From assembly GCA_030748775.1 (NCBI GenBank), contig JASMLH010000001.1, positions 106,658-170,657 on the forward strand: 64,000 nucleotides of DNA, read 5' to 3'. The notes under the pieces were generated by a model. It had not been told where the DNA came from. It saw only the letters and a program-made list of their open reading frames with translations, and did no database searches. A program made the position numbers and the translations under genes. This DNA is from Candidatus Thalassarchaeaceae archaeon. Its GTDB lineage: Archaea > Thermoplasmatota > Poseidoniia > Poseidoniales > Thalassarchaeaceae. Of this stretch, positions 9,398 to 22,200 are shown piece after piece; the first letter of the stretch is position 1, and each line of letters opens with the position of its first letter.

Positions 9398-10390
9398 CTA
9401 GGCAGCAAGCCTGTCACTTTCCCTCTGCACCTCTCTGACCCCCATCACAATTAGGATGAATCCTACTGCCATCGAGGCCCCCACTTCTTCCCCTAAGAGG
9501 GACCATCCACTGAGAACCCCGAAAACGGGAACCAGGAAAACGTAGGAAGAGGCTGCCGTTGGGCCAACTACTTCGATTCCTCTAGCAAACCAAACGTAGG
9601 ACAGCACCGTAGAAAATATTCCCAGGTATGCAATTGTTGCCCACTCTGCATTTGTGGGCTCGGGTATGGGAGATCCCCAAATTTCGCAGAGCATCCATGG
9701 AGTCAGCATCAGCCAACCCAAGAATGAGTACCAAATTACAATCTCCAAAGCAGAATATCCCTTATTCCATGACATCATTATCTTTGTGAGATTACTTGTC
9801 GTGGCCCACATTAGAGCAGCTAGTAGGATCATCCCATCCCCAATCAGCCTGTGCTCGAAGGGAATCTGTGAATTCGGGCTCCACCCAACAACAACGAAAA
9901 CCCCCGAAATCCCAACTAGAAGGCCCAGTGCCATTCTTCCAGTAATTCTCTGCCCTAGCATTGGGGATGCGAGGAGGACGGTGAAAACAGGATTCAAGGG
10001 AATGATCAGCGAAGCGTCGCCCGCTGCAGTCCAGAGCATCCCATTCATGAATAGTAACTGATATCCCATTGTCCCCAATAGTCCCAGCCATATGGAAAAC
10101 CTCCACGAATCCTTGTCAGGAGGAAGGAATCTGATTCTTGAGCCCTCCTTGCTATAATTTGCCCACAAGAAGAATACCAACACAGCAAAGACGTACCTTA
10201 GCCAGGCTGCTGTTGCCGGCTCAAGAGTTGCGGGACTTTCCTCTTGCCCATAACTGAGGAACCTTCCTGCAGCCCATGTTGAACCCCAAATTATGGCTAC
10301 AACCAGAAGGAGAAGATGGGTCCCTAGATTTTTCCTCCAGTATTCGCCAATCAATGAATCACCGCCTTGATTATTTTCTATTCTTGGCAC
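9398..10390 (-). CDS. EamA/DMT-superfamily transporter (10 TM)
   Basis: Two homologous 5-TM halves. Hydrophobic throughout. Confidence 0.5.
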   Translation of the reverse strand: MPRIENNQGGDSLIGEYWRKNLGTHLLLLVVAIIWGSTWAAGRFLSYGQEESPATLEPATAAWLRYVFAVLVFFLWANYSKEGSRIRFLPPDKDSWRFSIWLGLLGTMGYQLLFMNGMLWTAAGDASLIIPLNPVFTVLLASPMLGQRITGRMALGLLVGISGVFVVVGWSPNSQIPFEHRLIGDGMILLAALMWATTSNLTKIMMSWNKGYSALEIVIWYSFLGWLMLTPWMLCEIWGSPIPEPTNAEWATIAYLGIFSTVLSYVWFARGIEVVGPTAASSYVFLVPVFGVLSGWSLLGEEVGASMAVGFILIVMGVREVQRESDRLAA

Positions 10391-11568
10391 CCAATTACCA
10401 TTTCAACAAACCCAGGATGGGTGACTTCACACCATTCAGTTCCAGAAATGACTCCTCCGACCTTACTTGCTAGGACAATGGCAGTCATGGCTACACGATG
10501 ATCTCCCTCGGAAAAGACGACCCCATGCGGTTTCCTTATTTCCTGCCCTCCCATGATATTGAAACCATCTTCATGCACATCTACTTCGATTCCAAACGCT
10601 TCCATCAGATTTGCCGTATTGGAGATCCTGTCGGACTCCTTTCCCCTCGTGTGGGAGACTCCAGATATTTTTCCTCCACTTCCAAGGGCCATAAGAAATG
10701 CGGCAGGTGTGATGATGTCACTTGCATCCCGAAGACTGATTGAGCCCCCAATATCTTCTCTAATTGCATCTATCGCTTCAATAGTTCTTGGCACGCCATA
10801 CATTGCAATCTCATCTTGCGTATTTGTTCCATGAAGTTTGTCGAATAGTATCGAAATTGGCAGAAGGCTCAATTCTCCCGGGATTACAGCCCTTTGAGGA
10901 GTCTTCACCACCCAGGGCCCCAAGGGAATGGTTTCCGAACTCCCTCTAGTCCATCCACTCATCTCACAAATCTGAATTGTTAACTCGCTGTATCCCCTAC
11001 TAACTGGCCGACCAATCACCCTTGCTTCTATTCCCTGGGGAAAACTCGGCGAAGCCAATATCAAGGCAGTTAGGGCCTGGCTAGATTCGCTTAGATCAAC
11101 ATTGATATTTCCAGCAGAAATTGGGCCCTGAATGGTACATGGTAGCTGATCGGATGTGACACTGCATCCCAATTCCCTGAGTGCTTCGGTAAGAGAAGAT
11201 CCCTTCCTGGACCTAAGGGACCCATCCCCATCAATCGAAATAGGGACCTCCATACTAGCCGAGATAGCAGTCAGAATCCTTGCTGCTGTCCCTGAATTGC
11301 CGCACCATAAGTCAGTTTGAGGCTCATCCAGTCCCTCCGAATTCCCTTCTACGAGCCACTTCCCATTATCCTTGGAAAAACGAGCCCCAAACTCCTCGAG
11401 GCATTTCGCCATATCTTCGATATCCCTTCCAGGTTGTCCATCGAATGTCAATTCGGTTGGAGTCGAACACTGAGAAGCCAGAACCATCCACCTAATCATG
11501 TGGCTCTTCGATGGAGGCAGACTCCAGGATACTTCTTCCGGCCTCGTCAAGGGCTCGATTTCTTGCAC
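10378..11568 (-). CDS. aroA: 3-phosphoshikimate 1-carboxyvinyltransferase (EPSP synthase)
   Basis: LPPSKSHMIRWMVLASQ (LPGSKS-type motif), about 400 aa, two-domain fold family. Confidence 0.75.
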   Translation of the reverse strand: MQEIEPLTRPEEVSWSLPPSKSHMIRWMVLASQCSTPTELTFDGQPGRDIEDMAKCLEEFGARFSKDNGKWLVEGNSEGLDEPQTDLWCGNSGTAARILTAISASMEVPISIDGDGSLRSRKGSSLTEALRELGCSVTSDQLPCTIQGPISAGNINVDLSESSQALTALILASPSFPQGIEARVIGRPVSRGYSELTIQICEMSGWTRGSSETIPLGPWVVKTPQRAVIPGELSLLPISILFDKLHGTNTQDEIAMYGVPRTIEAIDAIREDIGGSISLRDASDIITPAAFLMALGSGGKISGVSHTRGKESDRISNTANLMEAFGIEVDVHEDGFNIMGGQEIRKPHGVVFSEGDHRVAMTAIVLASKVGGVISGTEWCEVTHPGFVEMVIGCQE

Positions 11569-11610
11569 GCCTCTTCCATGCCCAGTTTCCAGTTGAATGC
11601 TCGTATTGGG

Positions 11611-12456
11611 CTATTTCCTGATCCACTCGCCAAAGTCACAAACTCCATCCCATTCATTGGCCCTTTTGTCGATCAAGCTTCTCTCCATTGTTTCCTCAAG
11701 GGACCCCTGCATCTTTACTAGATTGTTCCTGTGGAGAATCTTCGGACTCAGTCCCGGAAGGAGAACTGCCAGGACCCGGGGAACTCTACCTGGATAAACC
11801 TCATTCACGTGTTTTACGATGTTGGTAGTGCATGTGTTGGTGATGGTGTTGTACCATTCAGGGGAATCATTGAGCTTGTTCGTTCTGTGGAGATATGACT
11901 CTAGCATCCTCCTTTCGTTCCCCGGCCCCAATACAACTGCCTCGAACAAATGAGTCATCGATTTTCTCCTACAACGTGTCCTAACTCCCACTACGTCTCT
12001 CTCTGTGGCCCAAACATAGATCAGTTCGTATTGCCTGAATAGCCCCTTGATTGGATGATAACGCTCTCCTTGCTCCCTTCTCACTTCAATCGAACATGCC
12101 ACCCTAGTTCCATCTTCGGTCTCGAAACTCAGAATGGTGTGGGCCATTTCCCTCCTTCCCGGGTCGAAATACTCCAATACGAACCAAATCTTCCTGACTT
12201 TGTCCAGGCTAATCCTGACATCGATCCATTTCTCATCGAAGTCCCTTGTACTCCTCCAGACAAAGTCCCTTACGTTTCGGATAGTGACCACATCACCATC
12301 GAATTCTGCTGTAGCTGTTCTCTTGTTGTCGTTTACCCATGACCTGTCGTTTGACGGTTTGAGTCTTAGGTGCCTCACAAATGCCCACCCAAATAGTATT
12401 GTCAGGAAAATAACGAGTGCCACCAGAGGGGTTGGATATCCGACCACAGTTGACAC
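11611..12456 (-). CDS. DUF4105-like membrane-anchored protein
   Basis: N-terminal TM, motif YNTITNTCTTN typical of the DUF4105 family. Confidence 0.4.
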   Translation of the reverse strand: MSTVVGYPTPLVALVIFLTILFGWAFVRHLRLKPSNDRSWVNDNKRTATAEFDGDVVTIRNVRDFVWRSTRDFDEKWIDVRISLDKVRKIWFVLEYFDPGRREMAHTILSFETEDGTRVACSIEVRREQGERYHPIKGLFRQYELIYVWATERDVVGVRTRCRRKSMTHLFEAVVLGPGNERRMLESYLHRTNKLNDSPEWYNTITNTCTTNIVKHVNEVYPGRVPRVLAVLLPGLSPKILHRNNLVKMQGSLEETMERSLIDKRANEWDGVCDFGEWIRK

Positions 12457-12499
12457 AACCCGTTGGAAGGGCCAATGCGCATGAATTCTCGCTTTTTGT

Positions 12500-12586
12500 T
12501 GGCGCGGCAGGGGAGATTCGAACTCCCGAGGTGAGACACCACTGGATTAGCAATCCAGCGCAATGGCCAGGCTATGCGACTGCCGC
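12500..12586 (-). tRNA. tRNA-Ser (anticodon GCU), long variable arm, CCA encoded
   Basis: Reverse complement reads GCGGCAG-TC-GCAT-AGCCTGGCCA-TTGCG-CTGGA-TTGCTAA-TCCAG-[long V arm TGGTGTCTCACCTCGG]-GAGTTCGAATCTC-CCCTGCCGC-G-CCA. The 7-bp acceptor stem pairs and the T-loop is GTTCGAATC. Confidence 0.8.
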
Positions 12587-12631
12587 AGTAAATCTTCGAG
12601 CTGAGATTCGGGCTTAAGAGGAGCGGTTCAA

Positions 12632-15328
12632 CTACTCTTCCTCAGAGTCCCCTTCCAAGTCATCCCCCGAGTCAACCAAGTCAGAGGGCAGCCTAGCAAC
12701 AAATACGATTTCGTCAACGTACCCCGTTCGCTCAGAGTTTCTCAGTTCCATAATCCGAGTTCCTTTGGTAACCTTCCCCAGGGTCTCTTTGGTTTGCCCA
12801 GAGGCCATTCTAATCATCATCCCTGATCCAGTCAGCATGAATAACTGGTCTTCTAGGTCAGGAATTTGGCGGACACTTACGATATGATCATCCTCCCTGA
12901 GTGACATCGTACGCACTCCCTTTGTTCCTCTGTTTGTTTTCCTGTACCCATCCCTTTCGAATAATGGAACGCCCAACTCATCAAGTTCCTGCACTCCTTC
13001 TTCGTTTACCAGTGAAATCATTTCCCCCGAACCCAATCTGCTTCGCTTGGCCATCCCGTATCTAGAAATCGTCAGAACGCTAGTATCGAAATCATCCGTG
13101 ACAATCATCCCGATGACTCTGTCTCCGTCACCCAGTTTCATCCCCGAGACCCCCTGGCTGATCCTCCCCTGTACCCTGACTACGTAGGTAGTCATTTTCT
13201 CTCCGGTTTCTGGGGATTCCCTGGTTTTCTCCTCTGACGGTTTGAATCTACAGGCATTCCCTCTTGCTGATACCAGCACCACATGATCGGAGTCTGTTGC
13301 GGGTCTGACTGTAACAAGTGAGTCGTCAGCTCCTTCGGCAAACCTTAGGGCATACTTTCCGTTTCGGTTTATTCTAGCATATTCCGAGAGCCTACTCTTC
13401 TTTATTCTGCCCTTGGAGGTTGCAAACATGAGGTAGTGCCCCTCTGGATTTTCAATAAGAGACCTGTCCAGTGGGAGGATGGAAATCACCCTCTCGTCTT
13501 CCCTAATCCCCCCGAGTAGGTTTCGAATGTGGGACCCTCTGCCGTATCTACTAGCTGAAGGAGTCTCCCAAGCCCTGAGTCCGTATACCCTTCCTTGATC
13601 AGTAAATATCAACAAGCGGTCCTTGGAGAAGCATGTGACTATCTTGGAAGGTGCATCCTCTTCCTTGGTAGCCACTCCCTTCAGGCCCTTCCCTCCGCGG
13701 TTCTGTAATCTGAAGGCCTCAACTGGTAGGTGTCTGATGTAGTTGTCCTGAGTTAGCGAAATCACGATGGCCTGCTCTGCCACCAGGTCTTCCCTATCCA
13801 TTGACAATGGTGTCGGATCAATTGTTGTTCTCCTTTCGTCACCGTGTCTCTCAACGAGCTCATCCAGCTCTTCCCCGATTATTCCAAGAATTCTAACTCT
13901 GCTTGATAGTATTCCTTCGTACTCTACAATTGCTGCCTCTAGCTTACCAAGCTCCTCTGAAACTTCCTGTACATTCATTTTTGTGAGTTGGTATAGTCGT
14001 CTTTCGGCAATTGCCTTGGCCTGCCTCTCGGAAAACTCGAAGAGCTTGATTTTGGGATACTTCTCCTCTCCTCTGAGGTACTTCTCGAAATGCTCTCTAG
14101 AGTCCGAATTTCTTCCTACCTCGATAATTTCCCCCATTCTTCCTTGGGCCTTGATTAAACCCTCGAGTATGTGGGCCCTGGCCCTGGCCCTATCCAAGTC
14201 ATGTTTTGTCCTTCGTTCGACAACCGACTCCCGATGACGAACGTATGTATGCAGGATGGTCCTGAGATCGAGTTGTACTGGTTCGCCCTTCAGAATCCCC
14301 ATCATGTTTGAGGAGTAAGACTCCTGGAGACGGCTGGATTGGTAAAGTTGGTTTAGAACCGCCTGAGCATCTGCATTCTGCTTGATCTCTATTACTACCC
14401 TGATGCCCTCTTTGCTGGACTCGTCCCTTATGTCTCTAATTCCCTTGATTGCCTCCTTTTGAACAAGTTCAGCAATCCCCTGCAACATTGTCGCCTTCTT
14501 CACTTGGTATGGTATAGAGTGGATGATCAACCTCTTCCCGCTGGAATCGTCAATGACCTCTACTTCAGACCTGATGTGGAATTTACCGTTCCCCGTCCTG
14601 TACATGTCGACAATGCCATCGATACCATAGATAGTGGCACCTGTGGGAAAGTCCGGACCTTTGAGGAATTCCATGTACTCTAGGGCATCAATCTTGGGGG
14701 GATTATCAAGGCCAATTTTTCGGCTTTGCTCTATCACTCTCTCGATATGGAACTTCGTTGCTGCTACGACTTCGTTTAGGTTGTGAGGGGGGATCTTGGT
14801 CGCCATTCCTACTGCAATACCGTCACTTCCGTTTAGGAGAAGATTAGGTAGCCTGGAGGGCAGTACTGATGGCTCCTTCTCCGTTTCGTCGAAGTTTGGC
14901 TCCATGTCAATTGTGTTTTTGTTTATGTCATCCAGCATGTGCTGAGAAAGCCTGTCTAGTCGGCTCTCTGTGTATCGCATCGCAGCGGGTGGATCGCCGT
15001 CAATGGAGCCGAAATTACCCTGGCCATCGATCAATGGGTACCTTAGGGAGAAATCCTGTGCCATCCTGACCATTGTATCGTAAAGTGCCTGGTCCCCGTG
15101 AGGGTGGAACTTTCCCATTACCTCGCCAACGGACCTTGCAGATTTGCTGTACCCCTTGTCATGAGTGTGACCGGCCTGGTGCATGCCCCAGAGGATCCTC
15201 CTGTGAACCGGTTTCAGACCATCCCGTGCATCTGGAAGCGCCCTACCGATAATGACGCTCATGGCATAGTTGATGTAGCTCTCCTTCATCTCATCAGAGA
15301 TGTTTCTCCTGAGCAAATCTTCCGCCAT
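12632..15328 (-). CDS. gyrA: DNA gyrase subunit A
   Basis: [22 protein letters not shown] active-site region. beta-pinwheel C-terminal domain with acidic tail. Confidence 0.9.
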   Translation of the reverse strand: MAEDLLRRNISDEMKESYINYAMSVIIGRALPDARDGLKPVHRRILWGMHQAGHTHDKGYSKSARSVGEVMGKFHPHGDQALYDTMVRMAQDFSLRYPLIDGQGNFGSIDGDPPAAMRYTESRLDRLSQHMLDDINKNTIDMEPNFDETEKEPSVLPSRLPNLLLNGSDGIAVGMATKIPPHNLNEVVAATKFHIERVIEQSRKIGLDNPPKIDALEYMEFLKGPDFPTGATIYGIDGIVDMYRTGNGKFHIRSEVEVIDDSSGKRLIIHSIPYQVKKATMLQGIAELVQKEAIKGIRDIRDESSKEGIRVVIEIKQNADAQAVLNQLYQSSRLQESYSSNMMGILKGEPVQLDLRTILHTYVRHRESVVERRTKHDLDRARARAHILEGLIKAQGRMGEIIEVGRNSDSREHFEKYLRGEEKYPKIKLFEFSERQAKAIAERRLYQLTKMNVQEVSEELGKLEAAIVEYEGILSSRVRILGIIGEELDELVERHGDERRTTIDPTPLSMDREDLVAEQAIVISLTQDNYIRHLPVEAFRLQNRGGKGLKGVATKEEDAPSKIVTCFSKDRLLIFTDQGRVYGLRAWETPSASRYGRGSHIRNLLGGIREDERVISILPLDRSLIENPEGHYLMFATSKGRIKKSRLSEYARINRNGKYALRFAEGADDSLVTVRPATDSDHVVLVSARGNACRFKPSEEKTRESPETGEKMTTYVVRVQGRISQGVSGMKLGDGDRVIGMIVTDDFDTSVLTISRYGMAKRSRLGSGEMISLVNEEGVQELDELGVPLFERDGYRKTNRGTKGVRTMSLREDDHIVSVRQIPDLEDQLFMLTGSGMMIRMASGQTKETLGKVTKGTRIMELRNSERTGYVDEIVFVARLPSDLVDSGDDLEGDSEEE

Positions 15329-15338
15329 TTCACCAACC

Positions 15339-17331
<1,993 letters not shown>

Positions 17332-17484
17332 ATTCCAACGTCTATGTCATAATGTCGTGGTTATTCAACCTAATGGGGTTATTTCCACCAATACTCCGAT
17401 TATTTCGAAAATACCCTCTCCCCGAGGGTCAACCATTTTTTCCTCTCGACATGGTTAAACAGGCAACTACGGTCGCATTTCCGA

Positions 17485-18282
17485 ATGAAGCATCCTTTGG
17501 TGTGCATTACCCTGAGAGGGGAAACGGCTGAACAGATGTGTAGAGATGCTCAATCTGCAAAGGACCTAGGCGCTGATTTGGTTGAAGTCAGGATTGACAA
17601 GCTATGGCTAAGGGAGGAAAGAGTACCAATTGAGAATGAAAAGGACGGCAATTCTGTCGACGGTAATGAGTTCAGTGTCACTCAAAATTTTCTAGGTTTC
17701 GAAGAAGTGGACATCAAGACGGATTTGGAAGCAATTTCCGCTTCCACCGATATTCCTGTGATTTTCACCTGCCGCCCCACGGGCCATGGTGGATTTTTCC
17801 CGGGAGACGAGAGCCAGAGAGCTGGTGTTCTGAAGGAAGCAATCTCGCTAAACCCTCAGTGGATTGACTTGGAAGTGGACATTGATCCCGGAATACGAGA
17901 GGAAATAAAATCCACAATAGGTCAGCAGACCAAGATAATTGCATCTATTCACTCCACTGAGAAAACCCCAACTCCCTCTGAAATAGTGCAGGACGTAATT
18001 GACAATCAAGAACTTGGCGATGTGGTCAAGGCATGTTACATTACGAAAAACAGGACGGATGGGCTCCGAATTTTCGAGGCGGCTTGGGAGTTGAAAGACT
18101 CCGATTGCGACTCGACCGTCATGGGGCTAGGACCAGGTGGCGACTGGTCGCGAATCCATGCTCCCCTGTTGGGGCAATTCATGGTTTATTCTACGACCGA
18201 ATCCGGGTGGCACCTTGCACAGCAAGGGAGGATAAACGCCTCAGACCTCAAGACTGCATGGGGCCTTCTAGAGTATGCATAG
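17485..18282 (+). CDS. aroD: 3-dehydroquinate dehydratase, type I
   Basis: About 260 aa TIM-barrel family. N-terminal PLVCITL…, conserved Lys region IFTCRP/HSTEKTP-type segments. Confidence 0.6.
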   Translation: MKHPLVCITLRGETAEQMCRDAQSAKDLGADLVEVRIDKLWLREERVPIENEKDGNSVDGNEFSVTQNFLGFEEVDIKTDLEAISASTDIPVIFTCRPTGHGGFFPGDESQRAGVLKEAISLNPQWIDLEVDIDPGIREEIKSTIGQQTKIIASIHSTEKTPTPSEIVQDVIDNQELGDVVKACYITKNRTDGLRIFEAAWELKDSDCDSTVMGLGPGGDWSRIHAPLLGQFMVYSTTESGWHLAQQGRINASDLKTAWGLLEYA

Positions 18283-19200
18283 TCATCCTTCTTTCAGGAA
18301 GGGAACCTCTCGTAGCTCCTCGCTTTCCTTCCCCTCTGAAGCAGACGAATGGTATCTAGAGTGGAAAACTATTGGTATGATGATGCAAGATAAAGGGAGT
18401 GAGCCAATAAGTAGGTATGCGGTGTAATTGGGGAGGGTGAACCTCTCTTCTACGTCAATAAGCACCTCCACGCTCATGTTTCCAGATGCCCCTTCGTCGT
18501 TAGGCCTCCCGTTGTCCCACCCATCCAGAATCAGGTGGAACTCCTGGTAATTGCTGTCTCCGCCCAAGCCCGCGAATGACCATGAAGAACCAGACGTGTC
18601 AATTGCAACAGAGAACTCTTCGTATGTCACCGACTCGTATGCATGGGCGTCGCGAAATGGCAACCAGATTAGCATGTCCCTCCACTCTACAGGAACGCTA
18701 TCGAAGTCACAAAGGCCCTCAATTATGTCATCATAGAAATCATTGGTCCGGCATTCGTAGTCGAACTTGTACTGTTCCAAGTTTGAGTCCGCTAACAGGT
18801 AGACATCACCCCTCTCGCTGAAGTCTACGCAGAATGTGTATCTATATCCAGGAACAAGTGACATTGAGATGATAGTGGCACTCGAATTACTTACTTCAAT
18901 TCCCGGGAATCCGCTCCATGTTCCGTCTGACCACTCGGTACTTAGACCTCTGTTCAGTGCCATCAAACGACCATTGTCTGCTGATGATCTTTCCAGAGAA
19001 GCCTCTCCTCCATCCAGAGTCTCGATTTCAAAGAAATCCCCTGGCTTTTGCCCCTCAGGCCAATCACTGCTGGGGGGGATGTTGCACGAACTGGATGCAG
19101 AACTGGCAGTTTCAGACATCAAAGCTGCCGAGAAAATGGAGAGCAGGATAATCAGGGGTACTCCTGGCAGGGCAAATCTATTTCCAATTGGCCATTTCAC
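18283..19200 (-). CDS. secreted, C-terminally membrane-anchored protein. Translationally coupled to the upstream PKD giant protein
   Basis: Signal peptide PLIILLSIFSAALMS. C-terminal TM IGSLPLSCIIIPIVF plus short tail. Start overlaps stop of 19200..23336. Confidence 0.4.
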   Translation of the reverse strand: MKWPIGNRFALPGVPLIILLSIFSAALMSETASSASSSCNIPPSSDWPEGQKPGDFFEIETLDGGEASLERSSADNGRLMALNRGLSTEWSDGTWSGFPGIEVSNSSATIISMSLVPGYRYTFCVDFSERGDVYLLADSNLEQYKFDYECRTNDFYDDIIEGLCDFDSVPVEWRDMLIWLPFRDAHAYESVTYEEFSVAIDTSGSSWSFAGLGGDSNYQEFHLILDGWDNGRPNDEGASGNMSVEVLIDVEERFTLPNYTAYLLIGSLPLSCIIIPIVFHSRYHSSASEGKESEELREVPFLKEG

Positions 19201-22200
19201 TATCTCCGCCTCGTTCTAATTGGTCGTACGTAGCCCGACTCCCTATTCGTCCTCTCATCGGCAGTGAGATATGTTGGTTGCGGCGGAGGGGAGTGCTGAT
19301 CCATTCCAGGCATCCCCCCTTCAGCCTGGACCTCATCGATTCCGTAGTTTTCCACCATTTCCCTCGCATCGAGTTCATCATCATCTCTTTCCCTCATCAC
19401 CATCCAACCAAGGATTGCAACTAGTAGGACCAGTGCCATTAGTCCTGCACTCTCTTTTCCAGGAATCAGATCACTAATGGTCAGGTCAGACAGTGTCTTC
19501 GGCGGTGCCGTGTCCTGAATTGATAGAACAGTAACCACATAGTCCTTTGAAGAGCACACTCCAACTCCGTCGCAGACAGTTAGTGCGATCCTGACTTCCC
19601 CCGGACTCCCCCAGGTGTGATTTCCTCCAATCCAATCGTCCCTTGTGTCTCCGTCGCAACCCTCGATTGTCATGCAGTCAGAATCATAGAACACGTCCAG
19701 ATCCCAATTGAATTCTAGTTTGCCAGTCAACAACCTATCCTTGTCATTAGCAGTGTCCCCATCTCCGTCGCTGTCGAAAAGCGCATCCTCGTCAAGCCAA
19801 GCAGACTCAATGACCCCATCGTCCAAATCACTAGCATTTTCCTGCAATTCAACTGAATCCCCCTCGATCACGTACTCGCTGTTTATCGGGTTATTCGTCA
19901 TAATCCTAGGGGCCTGTGAAACAATCACCACCATCTCCGTAGTGTTGGACTCGCCCTCTGCGTATCCATCAATGACGGTTAGCCTGACCACATACTCGCC
20001 GGATCTCTCATAATTGTGCCACACAACTGGGCCACTGGCTGGAGGACTTGCGTCCCCGAAGTCCCAAATCCACGAAACAATTCCGTTCCACTCAGGACTG
20101 TTCATTTCTATTGATGACTTTCCTTGGAATCCTGGATCCCCATCATAACTCCCACTCCCATCGAATCTAATCATGTTGTCAGGTGCAACAAATGCCCCTC
20201 CCGATGAGGTATGGGGTATCTGCCATACAATTGGGTCATCACCATTTGGAATTTCGTTAATCATACTCCCCCCCAAACTCGGGCAACTGAAGGTAAGTAC
20301 TGGGATGGGAAGGGGGTTATCAATTCTGAATAGGTATATCTTTGGAGCAGACGAAAGCCCCTTCTCGTCCATGACAACAAGACTAACGCTGTAAAGCCCG
20401 GGTTCCGAGAATGTCCTACTAACCGACGAGGTATTCTCAATCGTGCTGTCCATATCGGAAATCGTCCAAACATGCACAAGGGAAGATGAATCTCCATCGG
20501 GGTCGAATGACGAGCTGTTGAATATGTAGGCAGTCCCAACGTCACCATCAATTGGACGATCGAAAATAGCCACAGGCCGCTGGTTCAGGACTTCCACCTG
20601 CAAGAAAGCAACAGTGGAATTCCCATCATCGTCCGTAACTTCTAGTGTCACGTTCTTCAAACCGGGCTCCCTCCAGCCCACAATTGGATTTGCCACGAAA
20701 GATTTGGTTTCTGAAAAATCAGAAGCCAAGGAAAGTGACCCACCTCCCAGGTTGACCCCTTCATCGAAGCTCCATCTGTACTCGACAATGATTCCATCGT
20801 CGTCAGTGAAGACATCGGGCATACTTAGCGGAATCAGGGAATGCGTCTGCAGACTATCCTCCAGAATATCTCTTGGAACTCTGTTCATCACTCTGACCAG
20901 GATCGATTTCTCAGCAAATTGAGTTCCATCGCTCGCTCTTAGAATCATTGAATACACAGTCCCATTCGCGCTTCCGTCGGTCCAAGAGTGACCTACTTCG
21001 TAGAGTCCAACTCCTGAGTCAATCGAACCATCTCCGAAATCCCATTGGAATGACAAATGCTCTATTGGAACGTTGTCGGATGTACCAAATGAAGAGAACT
21101 GGATTCTCTGATTTGTATCGATAGTCAACCCATCATCTATTGAAATTCCTCCAATTGAGATATCCGGAATTGGATTTGACGAGTCGCTCACGGAAATGTT
21201 CCATGTCTGCGTCTCTGAGAAATACCCCCCAGAGTCAACTACCGTTAGGGAGATGGCATATTCTCCTTGTTCAACGTATGAGTAGATGGGATTTTTCAGA
21301 CTAGAGGTGTTCCCATCGCCTAGGTCCCAGATATACGAAGAAGGCGTACCATTTTGATTGAAACTTCCATTTGATAGCCCAAACCCCCATGGATCAAAAC
21401 CTCCTCCGAAAATATATGTTGGCAACCATGTTTCGGTAATATTTGTTGAAATCGATCCAGAACCGAACGGCCTCATGTTGAACACATATTTTGGAAGTGA
21501 GAGAGCCAAATCCTGCTCCTCTCCTGTTATATCGCTAATTCTGACTACAAAAGACACTTCGCCAGAAAATTGTGGCGTGAACCATATTGACCTTGTGGAT
21601 GGCTCTCCGTTGCTCGCAGAGAGGCTGAATCCCTCCGTGTCAACAACGGTGTTGTTGGAGAAAGCCTCTATTCCGATCTCTAAGGTCTCAAAGTATGCAC
21701 TCGATGAAACGCTGATTGACAACTCTAGACTATCATCTAGCCCGTCTTCGTCCCTGTCGAACTCATTTATTGCGTCTATTGATACCTCTGCTGGCTCGCT
21801 TAACAGGTCTGCGTTAACCGTGAATGATCCAGTCGGGTAAGAACCACCGGGCAGGACTCCGCAGTTCGCGAAGTCAATATCGCAATCGTCTACCACCGAG
21901 TTGAACCAAACTAGAAGCCACACTTCTGAGGTAGAATTCCCAAAACCGTGAATTAGTCCAGTTCCAATACCGGTGGAGCCATCCATCCTAAGCTCGCTCA
22001 TCGTCCAAGTACCAGAAGACGCCTCTCTGACTAGCATAGCTCCTTCGAAACCGAACCTATCCGGTTGAATCATCAGATTTAGCGGATCCCCATTCCCTTG
22101 AGTGAATTTGAATGAGCTGAACCCCCAACCTTCCAAACTGTATCCTTGTGACTGCCAAACTTCGGTCCAGTCGCTATTTGACTCCCTTTGAGGGGCTCTG

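Noticed and set aside
12457-12631. Checked the tRNA-Ser flanks for an integrase, attachment-site duplication or intron
   Set aside because: The tRNA is continuous (87 nt, no intron). No direct repeat of its 3' end was found elsewhere in the window, and no integrase-like ORF is nearby.
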